Of a DNA stretch of 54,413 bases, positions 26,617 through 37,030 are shown piece after piece; positions within the stretch are counted from its first letter, which is position 1; every line of letters starts with the position of its first letter. The stretch is from assembly GCA_030611765.1 (NCBI GenBank), contig JAUWPE010000001.1, positions 1-54,413 of the forward strand, given 5' to 3'. The translations under genes and the position numbers were made by a program. The notes under the pieces are model-generated. The model did no database searches, was not told the origin of the DNA, and worked only from the letters and a program-made list of their open reading frames with translations. The stretch comes from Candidatus Cloacimonadota bacterium (lineage in GTDB: Bacteria; Cloacimonadota; Cloacimonadia; JGIOTU-2).

Positions 26617-26647
26617 CAAAAATCATTTTCATTTAGAATGCTGTCAA
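26617..26647 (-). promoter_or_regulatory. candidate zur-znu promoter with overlapping Fur/Zur-like operator
   Basis: Minus strand reads TTGACAgcattctAAATGAAAATGATTTttg...AGGAGcatcATG. TTGACA lies at 26642-26647. Tandem AATGA/TCATT hexamers at 26620-26634 sit between the -35 and the RBS. A GATTTTTG -7-like element is also present. Confidence 0.3.
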
Positions 26648-26867
26648 TAATTTTATCATGCTTGCTTGCATACCCCTAAAATTTTTCTAAACTCGACTTG
26701 GGGGAAAACCGAAAAGGGTAATAAATATTAACCGGGTAGTGGTTTCTATTTCAAGAATAGGCAGACTGGACTTCCCGTGACAAGGAGAGTGGAGTTCAGA
26801 ATGCATTTTTCATATCAGGAAGTTCGGACTTATGCATTCCCAAAGAGGGAACAGTTAAATATGATCC

Positions 26868-26911
26868 GCCCTGTGTAATTGCTTTGCACCACTTCGTGGA
26901 TTACACAGGGC
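26868..26911. repeat. 12-bp-stem hairpin of the CCCTGTnnAAT family
   Basis: GCCCTGTGTAAT (26868-26879) / ATTACACAGGGC (26900-26911) is perfect, with a 20-nt loop. Related arms occur at 9128, 10787, 10843 and 10975. Confidence 0.8.
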
Positions 26912-27267
26912 AAGCATTTAACGTCCTAAAGCTTTGGGAATGAGAGGAGGTGGGTCGCTCTTCTGTGTCTTTATATCACGATTCATCGGGGAATTCGAGT
27001 CTCGAAAGACTGAAGTGTAACGGAGACTGGCGGTTTAAAAAATTCAATAATGGTATCTTCGAAAATCTGTAAAGTCTGTGTGGTTCTGCGTGCCAATAAA
27101 AATTAAATTGGTAAAGATGGTAAGAGGTCTTATTCTCATTGACAAAAATGACAATTATTCTCCGGCTCATATTACGAAAAAGATGGCTTATGCGTATGTT
27201 GATAATTCGGAAGTTTTTATCTCTGGAATAAATCTAAATATTTAAGAAGCAGGTAAATCAGGATACT

Positions 27268-27296
27268 AAAAAAGCCGAAATCAATTATGTTTCGGG
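27268..27296 (-). terminator. rho-independent terminator downstream of hslU
   Basis: Stem CCGAAA (27275-27280) / TTTCGG (27290-27295), followed on the minus strand by a TTTTTT run (27268-27273 on plus). Confidence 0.55.
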
Positions 27297-27349
27297 TACA
27301 TTTCACTTTTCCATCTAATGTGGAAATATCAAAAAGAAATAATATTGGC

Positions 27350-28741
27350 TTAAAGAATATATTTCGTCAGATCTTCGTCGGTAATGATCTTTCCAAGTTT
27401 TTGTGTGACCAGATCTTTTGTGATCTTGATCTTTTCAGTCTTGTTGTCCGGTAATTCGTAGAGGTAATCTTCCAGAAGTATGGAAAGGACAGTATGCAAT
27501 CTTCTGGCGCCGATGTCCTCCATTTTTGTGTTTGCAAGCGCAGCAAAATTTGATATCGCTTTGATCGAACCTGGCGTGAAATGAACGTCAACCCCTTCGG
27601 TTTTAAGCATTTCAGTATATTGCTTGATTAGCGCATTCTTGGGAAGAGTGAGGATCTTTGCGAAATCCTCTTTAGTAAGACTTTTCAGCTCAACACGAAT
27701 AGGGAAGCGTCCCTGCAATTCCGGAATAAGGTCTGAGGGCTTTGAAACGTGGAATGCTCCTGATGCAATAAATAGGATATGGGTTGTATCGACCATGCCG
27801 TATTTTGTGGGGACATTTGTACCTTCAATTATTGGAAGGAGGTCACGCTGAACACCCTCGCGTGACACATCGGGACCGTGCATAGATTTCTCACCGGCGA
27901 TCTTGTCGATCTCATCGAGGAAGACAATGCCGTTTTCTTCAACGCGTGTTATGGCGATCTCTTTTACATCGCTCGTATCAACAAGTTTTTTAGACTCATT
28001 ATAAAAGATATAATCGAGTGCTTCATCAATCTTCATCTTTTTCCGTTTCCCTCCCGAGGAGTGCCCAGGCATAAAACCTGCGAGAATCTCACCCATATTT
28101 ATATCAAAACTGTCCATGCCCATGCCTGAGAAAACTTCGATACGCGGCTCAGGCATTTCATCAAGTTTCATCTCTACTTCTCTGTTATCAAGCGAGCCGC
28201 TCCGGAGCATCTTTCGGAGTTTTGCTCTTGTTCTCCCGTGTTTCTCTTTTTCCTCTTCAAACTTTTTACGCTCCAGCTTTTGATCTTCAAGGGAGAGATT
28301 TGTTTTTCTCAGGCGTTTGAGGGAAGGGAGCAGGAGGTCGAGAACCTTTTCTTCTGCCCGTTCTCGTGCTTCTTCTTCAACCTCAAAAGTAAGCTCGTCG
28401 CGAACCTGATTGATGGAGAGACTTATTAGTTCACGAACAATGGATTCTACATCACGTCCAACATAGCCCACTTCAGTGAATTTTGAAGCTTCTATCTTGA
28501 TAAAAGGAGCATTGACGAGATTGGCGAGTCTTCTGGATATCTCCGTTTTGCCCACGCCGGTTGGTCCTATCAAAATGATATTATTTGGAAGTATTTCATC
28601 GCGAAGTTCTTCGGACACATTCTGTCTTCTCCATCGGTTTCGGAGTGCGATAGCTACAGCGCGTTTTGCATTATCCTGGCTGATAATATATTTATCAAGT
28701 TCTTTTACTATCTGTTTGGGGGTAAGTTCGTGCATGTCCAT
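27350..28741 (-). CDS. hslU: ATP-dependent protease ATPase subunit HslU
   Basis: 463 aa. PKQIVKELDKYIISQDNAKRAVAIALRNRWRR and Walker A GPTGVGKTEI. AAA+ with inserted I-domain. Confidence 0.95.
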   Translation of the reverse strand: MDMHELTPKQIVKELDKYIISQDNAKRAVAIALRNRWRRQNVSEELRDEILPNNIILIGPTGVGKTEISRRLANLVNAPFIKIEASKFTEVGYVGRDVESIVRELISLSINQVRDELTFEVEEEARERAEEKVLDLLLPSLKRLRKTNLSLEDQKLERKKFEEEKEKHGRTRAKLRKMLRSGSLDNREVEMKLDEMPEPRIEVFSGMGMDSFDINMGEILAGFMPGHSSGGKRKKMKIDEALDYIFYNESKKLVDTSDVKEIAITRVEENGIVFLDEIDKIAGEKSMHGPDVSREGVQRDLLPIIEGTNVPTKYGMVDTTHILFIASGAFHVSKPSDLIPELQGRFPIRVELKSLTKEDFAKILTLPKNALIKQYTEMLKTEGVDVHFTPGSIKAISNFAALANTKMEDIGARRLHTVLSILLEDYLYELPDNKTEKIKITKDLVTQKLGKIITDEDLTKYIL

Positions 28742-29281
28742 TTAGATTTCCTCTATGACAGTATTATCATTAGTATAGATACAGATTTCAGCAGCGATCT
28801 TTAGCGCTTCTGAGACGATCTCTTTCGGGTTCTTTTTCTTATCTTTGATGAGAACCATAGCAGCAGCTTTTGCATAGGGACCGCCAGAACCGATAGCTGC
28901 AATATTGTGGTCTGGCTCGATTAGGTCGCCGGTACCTGATATCACAAGCAGATGGTTGGCATCACCGGCAATGATCATTGCTTCAAGGCGTCGAAGGAAT
29001 TTATCTGTTCGCCATTCCTTTGCGAGTTCGACGGCGGCTCTCATAAGATTGCCCTTGTATTTTTTAAGTTTCTCTTCAAATTTTTCAAATAAAGTAAACG
29101 CATCGGCGGTTGCGCCAGCAAAACCTGCAATGACCTGTCCTTCATATAGTCTGCGTACTTTATGAGCAGTTGCTTTGAAAATAGTATCGCCGAGTGTTAC
29201 CTGTCCGTCTCCACCAATTGCTACTTTTTTCCCGATCTTAACGCCGATTATTGTTGTTCCTTTAAACTTTATCGCTTCCAT
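28742..29281 (-). CDS. hslV: ATP-dependent protease subunit HslV
   Basis: 179 aa. GTTIIGV...GGDGQVT Ntn-hydrolase N-terminus and GSGGPYA motif. Directly upstream of hslU. Confidence 0.95.
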   Translation of the reverse strand: MEAIKFKGTTIIGVKIGKKVAIGGDGQVTLGDTIFKATAHKVRRLYEGQVIAGFAGATADAFTLFEKFEEKLKKYKGNLMRAAVELAKEWRTDKFLRRLEAMIIAGDANHLLVISGTGDLIEPDHNIAAIGSGGPYAKAAAMVLIKDKKKNPKEIVSEALKIAAEICIYTNDNTVIEEI

Positions 29282-29294
29282 TATCTTTTATATC

Positions 29295-31196
29295 CTATGA
29301 TTTCTTACTCTTATTTTTCTGTTTTTTTTCTTCTTTTTGAAGATTCCCATTGATATATTTTTGGTAAATTTCATCGATTTCCTGTCCGCTGAGGGTTTCC
29401 TTATCCAGTAGTTCGTTGGCAAGTGTATGAAGTAGGGGTTCATTATCAGAGATTATTTTCAAGCATCGCTGGAATTGTTTTTCTATGATAGTTTTAATCT
29501 CTGAATCGACGAGTTTTGTAAGGTCTTCGCTATGATTATTCGGTCTGCCGAGTTCTTTGCCGAGAAATATATTTGTATCTTTATCCACGATTGTCATAGG
29601 ACCGATCTTTTTGCTCATGCCCCATTCGCACACCATTTTTTTTGCCAATTCCGTTGCTTTCTTTATGTCATCTCCCGCTCCGGTCGTAGGTTCACCTCCT
29701 GCGATCTCGTCAGCAGCACGTCCACCAAGCAGGTGTGCAATCGTAGATTCGCAGTAGCTTCTTGAGTAGGTGAGTCTATCATCAAGAGGAAGGAAATGGG
29801 TTGAACCGAGGGAGCGACCGCGGGGTATGATCGTCGCCTTATGGATAGGATCGCTACCGGGTATGAACTTAGCAGTCATCACATGACCTGTTTCGTGATA
29901 AGCAGAATTTCTTTTCTGCTCGTCAGTGAGTACCATACTTCGGCGTTCTCTACCCATGAGCACTTTATCTTTTGCGGTTTCAAAATCATCCATTTGTACA
30001 GATTTATGTCCTACACGTGCACCCCAGAGTGCTGCTTCATTCACAAGGTTTTCAAGATCAGCTCCGGAGAAGCCGGGTGTGCTTTTAGCGATCACAGAGA
30101 GCTTCACATTCTTTGCAAGAGGAACTTTCTTTACGTGTACCTTTAGAATTCCTTCTCTCCCTTTTACATCGGGTCTATCTACTACGACTTGTCGGTCGAA
30201 ACGTCCGGGACGAAGAAGGGCTGGGTCAAGAATATCAGGTCTGTTCGTGGCGGCAATTATGATAACGCTTTCATTATCCTCAAAACCGTCCATTTCAACA
30301 AGGAGCTGATTGAGTGTCTGTTCGCGTTCATCATGACCTCCGCCAAGTCCTGCCCCCCGGTGGCGACCAACTGCATCGAGCTCATCTATGAAGATGATAC
30401 AGGGTGAATGCTTCTTTCCCTGCTCAAAGAGATCACGAACGCGAGAAGCTCCAACGCCGACGAACATCTCGACGAAATCGGAGCCACTTATACTAAAGAA
30501 AGGCACATTTGCTTCTCCTGCAACAGCTTTTGCAAGTAAAGTTTTTCCTGTTCCGGGAGGTCCAAGCAAAATGACGCCTTTCGGTATCCTGCCACCTAAT
30601 CTCTGGAATTTCTTTGGATCTTTGAGAAATTGAATGATCTCTTCAAGTTCTTCTTTTGCCTCATCTACTCCGGCGACATCTTTAAAAGTTTTGTTCGAGC
30701 GGCTGCCGGCGAACATCTTTGCACGGCTTTTTCCAAAACTGAATGCCTTTCCTGCGCCGCCCTGCATCGAGCGCATGATGAATATCCAGAACCCAATGAA
30801 TATTATAAAGGGAAGCCAGTAAGTGAGTAGGGTTGTGAATATCGAGGGTTTCTTAGAAATGATCTCAATATCTTTATGGGCTTCTGCAATATTCTTTACC
30901 AGATCCGGATCATCAAAAGGGATATTTGTAGTTTTTTTTGTACTGCCGATAAAGTAAGAAATATCTTTTCCGCTGAAAATTATTTTTGAAACTTTTCCAG
31001 ACTCTAAATCATTCCGGAACTGAGTGTAAGAAGCTTCAGATGAACCTCCACCGCCTGAGAAAAGCTGAAAGAAAGCAACGACTGCCAGAATAACTATGAG
31101 CCAGACAAGAAGAGAGCTTCCTTTTGGTGATTTTATGGGTAATTTATTTTTGGGAGGTTGATTATTATCTTTTCCCGGAGGTGTTTTATTTGTCAT
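29295..31196 (-). CDS. ftsH: ATP-dependent zinc metalloprotease FtsH
   Basis: Two N-terminal TM helices. AAA Walker [17 protein letters not shown] region, and zinc site HETGH. Confidence 0.95.
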   Translation of the reverse strand: MTNKTPPGKDNNQPPKNKLPIKSPKGSSLLVWLIVILAVVAFFQLFSGGGGSSEASYTQFRNDLESGKVSKIIFSGKDISYFIGSTKKTTNIPFDDPDLVKNIAEAHKDIEIISKKPSIFTTLLTYWLPFIIFIGFWIFIMRSMQGGAGKAFSFGKSRAKMFAGSRSNKTFKDVAGVDEAKEELEEIIQFLKDPKKFQRLGGRIPKGVILLGPPGTGKTLLAKAVAGEANVPFFSISGSDFVEMFVGVGASRVRDLFEQGKKHSPCIIFIDELDAVGRHRGAGLGGGHDEREQTLNQLLVEMDGFEDNESVIIIAATNRPDILDPALLRPGRFDRQVVVDRPDVKGREGILKVHVKKVPLAKNVKLSVIAKSTPGFSGADLENLVNEAALWGARVGHKSVQMDDFETAKDKVLMGRERRSMVLTDEQKRNSAYHETGHVMTAKFIPGSDPIHKATIIPRGRSLGSTHFLPLDDRLTYSRSYCESTIAHLLGGRAADEIAGGEPTTGAGDDIKKATELAKKMVCEWGMSKKIGPMTIVDKDTNIFLGKELGRPNNHSEDLTKLVDSEIKTIIEKQFQRCLKIISDNEPLLHTLANELLDKETLSGQEIDEIYQKYINGNLQKEEKKQKNKSKKS

Positions 31197-31734
31197 TTAA
31201 TTGATATATCTCCTTTTTTAAAATTCCAATATAGGGTAAATTTCTATATTTTTCATCGTAGTCCAAACCATATCCTACAATGAACTCGTTTGGTACATCA
31301 AAGGCTCTGTATGACATTTCAATATCCAGCTCATGGGCATCGACTTTGTCCATAAGCACGCATATTCTCAGAGAGAGCGGGTTCTTTCCCTGCAGATAGC
31401 GAAGTATGTAATTCAGTGAAAGTCCCGTATCAACGATATCTTCGATTATCAGGACGTGTCTATCACTGATATCAATATTGCAATCTTTTGTGATCTGAAC
31501 TACTCCTGAACTTTTTGTGGAATTACCGTAACTTGCCACTCCCATGAAATCGATCTCGATAGGGATGTCCAGTGCCCTAATAATATCTGCCAGGAATACG
31601 ACACCGCCCTTGAGAATGCTTATGAGAATGGGATTTTTATCTTTGTAATCACTTGAAATCTGCTCACCAAGCTCTTTGACTTTTTCCTTAATGTCCTGTT
31701 CAGTATAAAGAATTTCTTCTATATCTTTATGCAT
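31186..31734 (-). CDS. hpt: hypoxanthine phosphoribosyltransferase
   Basis: 182 aa. PRPP-binding loop [14 protein letters not shown]. Conserved tilS-hpt-ftsH synteny. Confidence 0.9.
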   Translation of the reverse strand: MHKDIEEILYTEQDIKEKVKELGEQISSDYKDKNPILISILKGGVVFLADIIRALDIPIEIDFMGVASYGNSTKSSGVVQITKDCNIDISDRHVLIIEDIVDTGLSLNYILRYLQGKNPLSLRICVLMDKVDAHELDIEMSYRAFDVPNEFIVGYGLDYDEKYRNLPYIGILKKEIYQLNDK

Positions 31735-31805
31735 ACGAAACCCTTTTATATATTTAATTTAAAACGTATAGGTATAATATACTCTAAACGATAATTTAGC
31801 AAACT

Positions 31806-33227
31806 TTATTTCATAAGACGCCGTGCTTTGCGGTAGCTCTCTAATTTTTTCATGATTTTGATACGGAGTACGTGAGAAGTTCGCGAGGTGATCTTGACAA
31901 ACTCATGTATCCGCATACCTGCCACCCAGATAATTCTATTTTGATCCTCTATGATGATCTTTTTCTTACGTTCAAGCCGAGGTATTTTCTCATCAATGAA
32001 GAATTCTTTTAGTTTCTTTTGGTTCTGCATACCAAGTGGAATGAAGCTGTCTCCAGGCTGACGATAATGGGCTTTGAGCGGGAAAGTGACTTTATCAAAA
32101 TCTATATAGCAGGTATTATTCTCATCAAAATTAAAACCGTGAACGGGCAATACTTTTATTTCTGACAGCATTACATAAAAATCACCGAATAGGATATGCC
32201 TTGTGTATCGCTTGATCTCACGGGAATAATCAGAAGTAGTATAATCTGGGGGCGACATCTTGAAAATGAGAGTATTGGCGTTTTTTACGACATAGACGTT
32301 GTGGGGTAGGTGAATGAATTTACCACCGGGTCTCCTAAGGAGTTCATAAATTTCTGACAGGTGCGCGGAATAGAAATCCGATTCTGAGCCGGTCAAAAAG
32401 CCGAAGATCTTTCTGAATACATAGAAATAAAGCACTTCACTTTGTTTGAGTTTGTCCAACAGCACAATATATTCGTCCTCGCTTTTTTGCTGTACGACTT
32501 CCTTAAAAATATCTTTGCTGTGGGTTTGCAGGAACATATCTGTCTTCTGGAAAATATGGGAGCTGTCATAGATCTTATTGATCACTGTGGGGTTGAATTG
32601 CTCAGTGATCATAGGAAGAATGCGATGACGTATCTTATTCCTGTCATACCCAAGGTCGTCATTTGAAGAATCATAGGAAAAGGATATGTTGTTTTTCTCT
32701 GCAAAAGTAGCGATCTCTTCGCGCTTGAAGCTCAGCAGGGGACGAATGACACTACGTCCCTTTGGAAGCATGCCCTTCAAACCGGTGAACCCACTTCCTC
32801 GGAAAAGATGGAGCAAAAAGGTCTCTGCCTGATCATTCATATTGTGCCCGACTGCGATTTTATTGAAGTTATATTTTCTTAAAAGATCTCTGAAAATGCC
32901 GTAGCGTATTTTTCGTGCAGTGTTTTCAATATTCGATTTATCTGTGATCGTGACATTATGAACGATAAGGGGGATGCCCCACTTGTAGCAAAGATTTTTC
33001 ACGAACCACTCATTCTCTTTGGATTCGTCTCCACGAAGATTGTAATTAATATGAGCAGCAAGAGTCGTGAGCTGGAACTCAGCCGTGATTTTCTTCAGTA
33101 AATACAATAGTACGGTGGAATCAATGCCGCCGGAAATACCAATGAGCAACTTGTCGCCCTGTTCGATCAGGTTCTCATGATGAATGAACTGCTTAAGCCG
33201 TGTTACAAGATTTTTACGATTATTCAT
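31806..33227 (-). CDS. tilS: tRNA(Ile)-lysidine synthase
   Basis: PP-loop GISGGIDSTVLL near the N-terminus; 473 aa with a C-terminal TilS substrate-binding domain. Confidence 0.9.
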   Translation of the reverse strand: MNNRKNLVTRLKQFIHHENLIEQGDKLLIGISGGIDSTVLLYLLKKITAEFQLTTLAAHINYNLRGDESKENEWFVKNLCYKWGIPLIVHNVTITDKSNIENTARKIRYGIFRDLLRKYNFNKIAVGHNMNDQAETFLLHLFRGSGFTGLKGMLPKGRSVIRPLLSFKREEIATFAEKNNISFSYDSSNDDLGYDRNKIRHRILPMITEQFNPTVINKIYDSSHIFQKTDMFLQTHSKDIFKEVVQQKSEDEYIVLLDKLKQSEVLYFYVFRKIFGFLTGSESDFYSAHLSEIYELLRRPGGKFIHLPHNVYVVKNANTLIFKMSPPDYTTSDYSREIKRYTRHILFGDFYVMLSEIKVLPVHGFNFDENNTCYIDFDKVTFPLKAHYRQPGDSFIPLGMQNQKKLKEFFIDEKIPRLERKKKIIIEDQNRIIWVAGMRIHEFVKITSRTSHVLRIKIMKKLESYRKARRLMK

Positions 33228-33230
33228 AAA

Positions 33231-33818
33231 TTATTTCTTTATATATTCTTCTGCAAAGTCTCTTCCTCTGTTTAGCGCATCAAGATTTTTTTGCACGATG
33301 TCTTCACCCTTGCGTCCAAAAACTGCCCGAATACTATCTTCCAACATATTAAAAGGAATTCCCAGGAAAGGCGCAGAAGCACCCAATATTACCATATTCA
33401 TGGAACGGGGAGATCCGATCTCCTTAGCGATGGCATCACCATCAATCGCAATGCTGTTTTTGTGAGCTTTTATTTCTTTAAGAAGGTGTTTCATTTCAGG
33501 ATAATTTGGTATATTCACAAAAGGAGTAATATTTGTGATGAGCCAGCCGTCCGGTTTGAGATAGGGAAAATAGCGAAGCGATTCCATCGGCTCCAATGAG
33601 ATGATCATATCTGAGCGACCATGGGGAACGAGGTCGGAGTGAATCTCTTTGTCGGAAATACGAAGATGAGATTCCACTGCACCGCCACGCTGCGACATAC
33701 CGTGCGCTTCTGCCTGTTTGAGATAGATGTCCACTTTTACAACTGCATAACCAATGATAGTTGCAATGGATAGAATGCCCTGTCCGCCTACGCCTGCAAG
33801 TATGATATTTTTTTTCAT
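33231..33818 (-). CDS. iorB: indolepyruvate:ferredoxin oxidoreductase subunit beta
   Basis: 195 aa. N-terminal GVGGQGILS of the OFOR gamma-type domain. Immediately downstream of iorA. Confidence 0.85.
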   Translation of the reverse strand: MKKNIILAGVGGQGILSIATIIGYAVVKVDIYLKQAEAHGMSQRGGAVESHLRISDKEIHSDLVPHGRSDMIISLEPMESLRYFPYLKPDGWLITNITPFVNIPNYPEMKHLLKEIKAHKNSIAIDGDAIAKEIGSPRSMNMVILGASAPFLGIPFNMLEDSIRAVFGRKGEDIVQKNLDALNRGRDFAEEYIKK

Positions 33819-33830
33819 TATGTCCTACCT

Positions 33831-35423
33831 CTACTTCTGTTTTCTGAGTTTTGCCGCAATGTGAATACAGGGACGGCGAGGAATAATAACTGAAACGCCA
33901 TTATAATTTATCTCATTCTTTATGATCTTAACATTTTCTTCGTGATGACCTTTTAGTGGATTGATAACGTGAATATGCTCTTTCTCCACACCGATACCCA
34001 TACAGATATCTTCTACTCTGCCGGTTACTGCAGAATCTTGCATCCCTGTCATTGCCACGATGCCGTTATCAAGAATGAATGCTACAATATTCGCTTTTGA
34101 ATTCACCGCATCCAGAAGCGGTGTCATGCCGGAATGTCCAAACGTGGAGTCGCCGATCACTGCGATGGAGGGGAACAATCCTGCATCCGCAGCGCCCACA
34201 GCCATTGAAATAGACGCACCCATATCCACGCAACTGTTGATCGCATTGAAGGGAGGAAGGAATCCAAGCGTGTAGCATCCGATATCAGAGAAAACATGCC
34301 CGGGTCCGTATTCCTTCATGGCTTCATTGAGGGCATAATAAGTATCTCTGTGCGGACAACCCTTGCATAGTTCTGGCGGACGTCCTTTTACGATTGTTGG
34401 CACTTCTTTTATTGGATATGGTTCGAGACCAAGTGCGGTTCGAAGTTTTGCAGGATCGAGCTCGCCACATCGGGGAAGAGTGCCATCCATACGTCCTTTG
34501 ATCTTCAGACAATTATCAAGATAACCACGCAGCCATTCTTCAATCACCGGCATCCCGTCTTCTACAACAAGAATTTCGTCACATTCATCAATGATCTTCT
34601 GAATAAGTTTTCTCGGAAGTGGGTACTGGCAAATTTTCAGAATAGGATATTCGCACTTGGATTCGACATGGTTTTCCTTCACATAATTATAGCCAAGTCC
34701 GCAGGTAATAATGCCGAGTGATCTATCCTTTCCATCATGATACTCATTGTATTTTGAGTTTTCTGATTCTTTCTCAAGAAGCTCTTGCTTTTCAATAAGA
34801 TTTTTGTATTTCACACGTGCAAAAGCAGGCAGAAGCATGAATTGGTTTGGGTTGTCAGGCAGTTTTATCTCATTTTCATTGAGATATTTTGTGCGGACAA
34901 TGCCTGCACGAGAGTGCGAAAGGCGGGTAACAAGTCTCATAATGACAGGTGTTTTGTATTTTTCAGAAAGAGCGAAGGCATCAAAGGTCATGTTATATGC
35001 CTCCTGCTGATTCGAGGGTTCGAAAACAGGAACAAGTGCGAACCTGCCATAATGACGGGAATCCTGTTCGTTTTGAGATGAGTGCATGGATGGGTCGTCA
35101 GCAACTGCTACGATGAGTCCTCCGTTTGCACCTGTTATGCCGGAGTTCATAAAAGGGTCAGCAGCAACGTTGAGTCCCACATGCTTCATAGTTACCAAAG
35201 CCCGTTTGCCTGTGTATGACATGCCGAGGGCTTCTTCCATTGCTGTTTTTTCGTTTGCAGACCAGGTACGATGAACATTTCGCCGTGCAGCTTCTTTGCT
35301 GTGTTGAACATATTCGAAGATTTCGGTAGAGGGTGTGCCTGGATAGCCGTAAGCACCGGAGAGACCTGCATCAAGAGCACCTTGAGCAAGGGCTTCATCA
35401 CCGAGGAGCAGTAATTTGTCCAT
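33831..35423 (-). CDS. iorA: indolepyruvate:ferredoxin oxidoreductase subunit alpha
   Basis: 530 aa. N-terminal LLLGDEALAQGALDAGL, Cys cluster CKGCPH, and a TPP-binding region GDSTFGHSG. Confidence 0.85.
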   Translation of the reverse strand: MDKLLLLGDEALAQGALDAGLSGAYGYPGTPSTEIFEYVQHSKEAARRNVHRTWSANEKTAMEEALGMSYTGKRALVTMKHVGLNVAADPFMNSGITGANGGLIVAVADDPSMHSSQNEQDSRHYGRFALVPVFEPSNQQEAYNMTFDAFALSEKYKTPVIMRLVTRLSHSRAGIVRTKYLNENEIKLPDNPNQFMLLPAFARVKYKNLIEKQELLEKESENSKYNEYHDGKDRSLGIITCGLGYNYVKENHVESKCEYPILKICQYPLPRKLIQKIIDECDEILVVEDGMPVIEEWLRGYLDNCLKIKGRMDGTLPRCGELDPAKLRTALGLEPYPIKEVPTIVKGRPPELCKGCPHRDTYYALNEAMKEYGPGHVFSDIGCYTLGFLPPFNAINSCVDMGASISMAVGAADAGLFPSIAVIGDSTFGHSGMTPLLDAVNSKANIVAFILDNGIVAMTGMQDSAVTGRVEDICMGIGVEKEHIHVINPLKGHHEENVKIIKNEINYNGVSVIIPRRPCIHIAAKLRKQK

Positions 35424-35582
35424 TATTCCTTCTCCATAAAGATTTTTTTCAAAGAAAGAAGTGGCTGAGAGTTTATGTCAATGAAATCTTGCTAATCTCA
35501 AGATTATGAATAAGAAATAAATTTATGCTTGAGGTATAGAACTGAGTTTTTGATATTTGAATTTGTGATACAAAGTTTTATA

Positions 35583-35705
35583 ATGGCAAATAATGTTAAT
35601 CTTTATCTTGGAGATTGCAAAACAGAATTATCCAGATTATCTGATAATTTAGTTGATCTAATATTTACATCTTCGCCATATATCAAGTATATGATTTCAT
35701 CTTAA
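35583..35705 (+). pseudogene. 40-codon remnant of a DNA N6-adenine/N4-cytosine methyltransferase N-terminus
   Basis: MANNVNLYLGDCKTELSRLSDNLVDLIFTSSPYIKYMISS*. The LYLGDC...VDLIFTSPPY layout is the N-terminus and motif IV of beta-class amino-methyltransferases. Here the motif is degraded to SSPY and the ORF stops 8 codons later. Confidence 0.6.
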
Positions 35706-35828
35706 CCATGCATACCTTCAAAGAATTTTAGATTTATAAGAAGGTGACAAATTTGAGACATCATGTTTGAGTTCCGATTTCCGGGACGATTTTTGTGTCG
35801 AATAGCTTTCATAAAAACATATTAACCT

Positions 35829-35926
35829 CGTTACCAAGCCCCTGTTTACCAAGGCGTAATGCAATGAAGACTGGCTTGGTAACGCAGGATGTTGTTAGAG
35901 CGTTCCCAAACTGGGGTTTGGGAACG
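35829..35926. repeat. two perfect GC-rich hairpins (12-bp and 11-bp stems)
   Basis: CGTTACCAAGCC (35829-35840) / GGCTTGGTAACG (35873-35884). CGTTCCCAAAC (35901-35911) / GTTTGGGAACG (35916-35926) with a 4-nt loop. Confidence 0.8.
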
Positions 35927-36053
35927 AGGAAAAGGATTTCCTTTTTAAATATTAAGTCATCGTTATTACATTTCCCTTGTGACGATGAGAAACCAAAATT
36001 TATTGACACTATAACGAGAAAAAAATTAGAATCCGTTTCTAAAGAAGGATGAA

Positions 36054-36719
36054 ATGGAAATTGATATTAAGAAATTTACTTACGTTCCCGGCTTGATCGG
36101 TGGCAGCTTAATAATTCTGGTTTCAGTAATTACTGCGCTTGTATATCAGGGTACTCAGGGGGAGCATTATTCACCGCTCAACCATTTCATTTCCGAACTC
36201 GGGCAAAGGGAAGTTTCCGAATTTGCACCGCTTTTCAATATCGGGCTCATGATTGGCGGTTTGCTTTGTGCATTATTCATGATTGGACTGGGCTTATACA
36301 TCAAGAAATTCTATTCTTATATTGCTGCTGCGGTTGGAGTTGTTGCCGGCATCTTTTGCGGTTTGGTTGGTGTTTTCCCCATGAACAACATGAATATTCA
36401 TGTTCCGGTAGCGTTGACCTTTTTCCGCAGCGGATTGCTTGTTGTTTTGTTGTTTACACTTATTATCATCTTTGATAAACAGAAAAAGATCTCCAAATGG
36501 ATGATCATTCCGGGTGGAATTACCGTGCTGGTTTTTGCCGCTTTTTTGACCATACCGAAATTGTTGGGATATGCAACAGGCGCTTCTCTTTCTGTGCCCG
36601 ATGTCCGGCCTGCATTCTGGTTGAACCCATTCCTCGAATGGCTCGTTTTTCTGACGGTTATTTGCTGGGTGCTTTCGTTGTCTGGGTATTTGATGAAGCG
36701 GAAAAATAAAATTACTTGA
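36054..36719 (+). CDS. polytopic membrane protein (DUF998-like)
   Basis: 221 aa, 6-7 TM helices. N-terminal ...YSPLNHFISELG... resembles DUF998 proteins. Assignment is tentative. Confidence 0.55.
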   Translation: MEIDIKKFTYVPGLIGGSLIILVSVITALVYQGTQGEHYSPLNHFISELGQREVSEFAPLFNIGLMIGGLLCALFMIGLGLYIKKFYSYIAAAVGVVAGIFCGLVGVFPMNNMNIHVPVALTFFRSGLLVVLLFTLIIIFDKQKKISKWMIIPGGITVLVFAAFLTIPKLLGYATGASLSVPDVRPAFWLNPFLEWLVFLTVICWVLSLSGYLMKRKNKIT

Positions 36720-37030
36720 CGACTAAGGAGGGAGATAAATTAAAGAGTTATGGATTGAGGAGAACATTGTTTTTACTATTGAAGCTGAGCGGAAATAGAT
36801 GTGGAAGTGGTTAAAAGTGAATGTGTTAGCATATCTAAGAAAAAATAATAAGGATATAAGGAAATGAATAATTCCGCAAAATTGTACAAAATTCGTATGC
36901 ACTCCCATTGGGAGTATCCTCGAACTTTTAGGAAATCTAAAGTTGAAATCCACGAACTTGTTCGGGGATACAAACGTTAGTGGCTATGCAAAAAATGGAG
37001 AAATCCAAAATAAATAGAAAGGGAGAAAAA

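Noticed and set aside
29258-29281. HslV begins MEAIKFKG before the catalytic Thr (TTIIG), an apparent 8-residue propeptide
   Set aside because: No alternative start lies nearer the Thr, but short N-terminal extensions removed by processing are known in HslV/CodW homologues. Not unusual enough to report.
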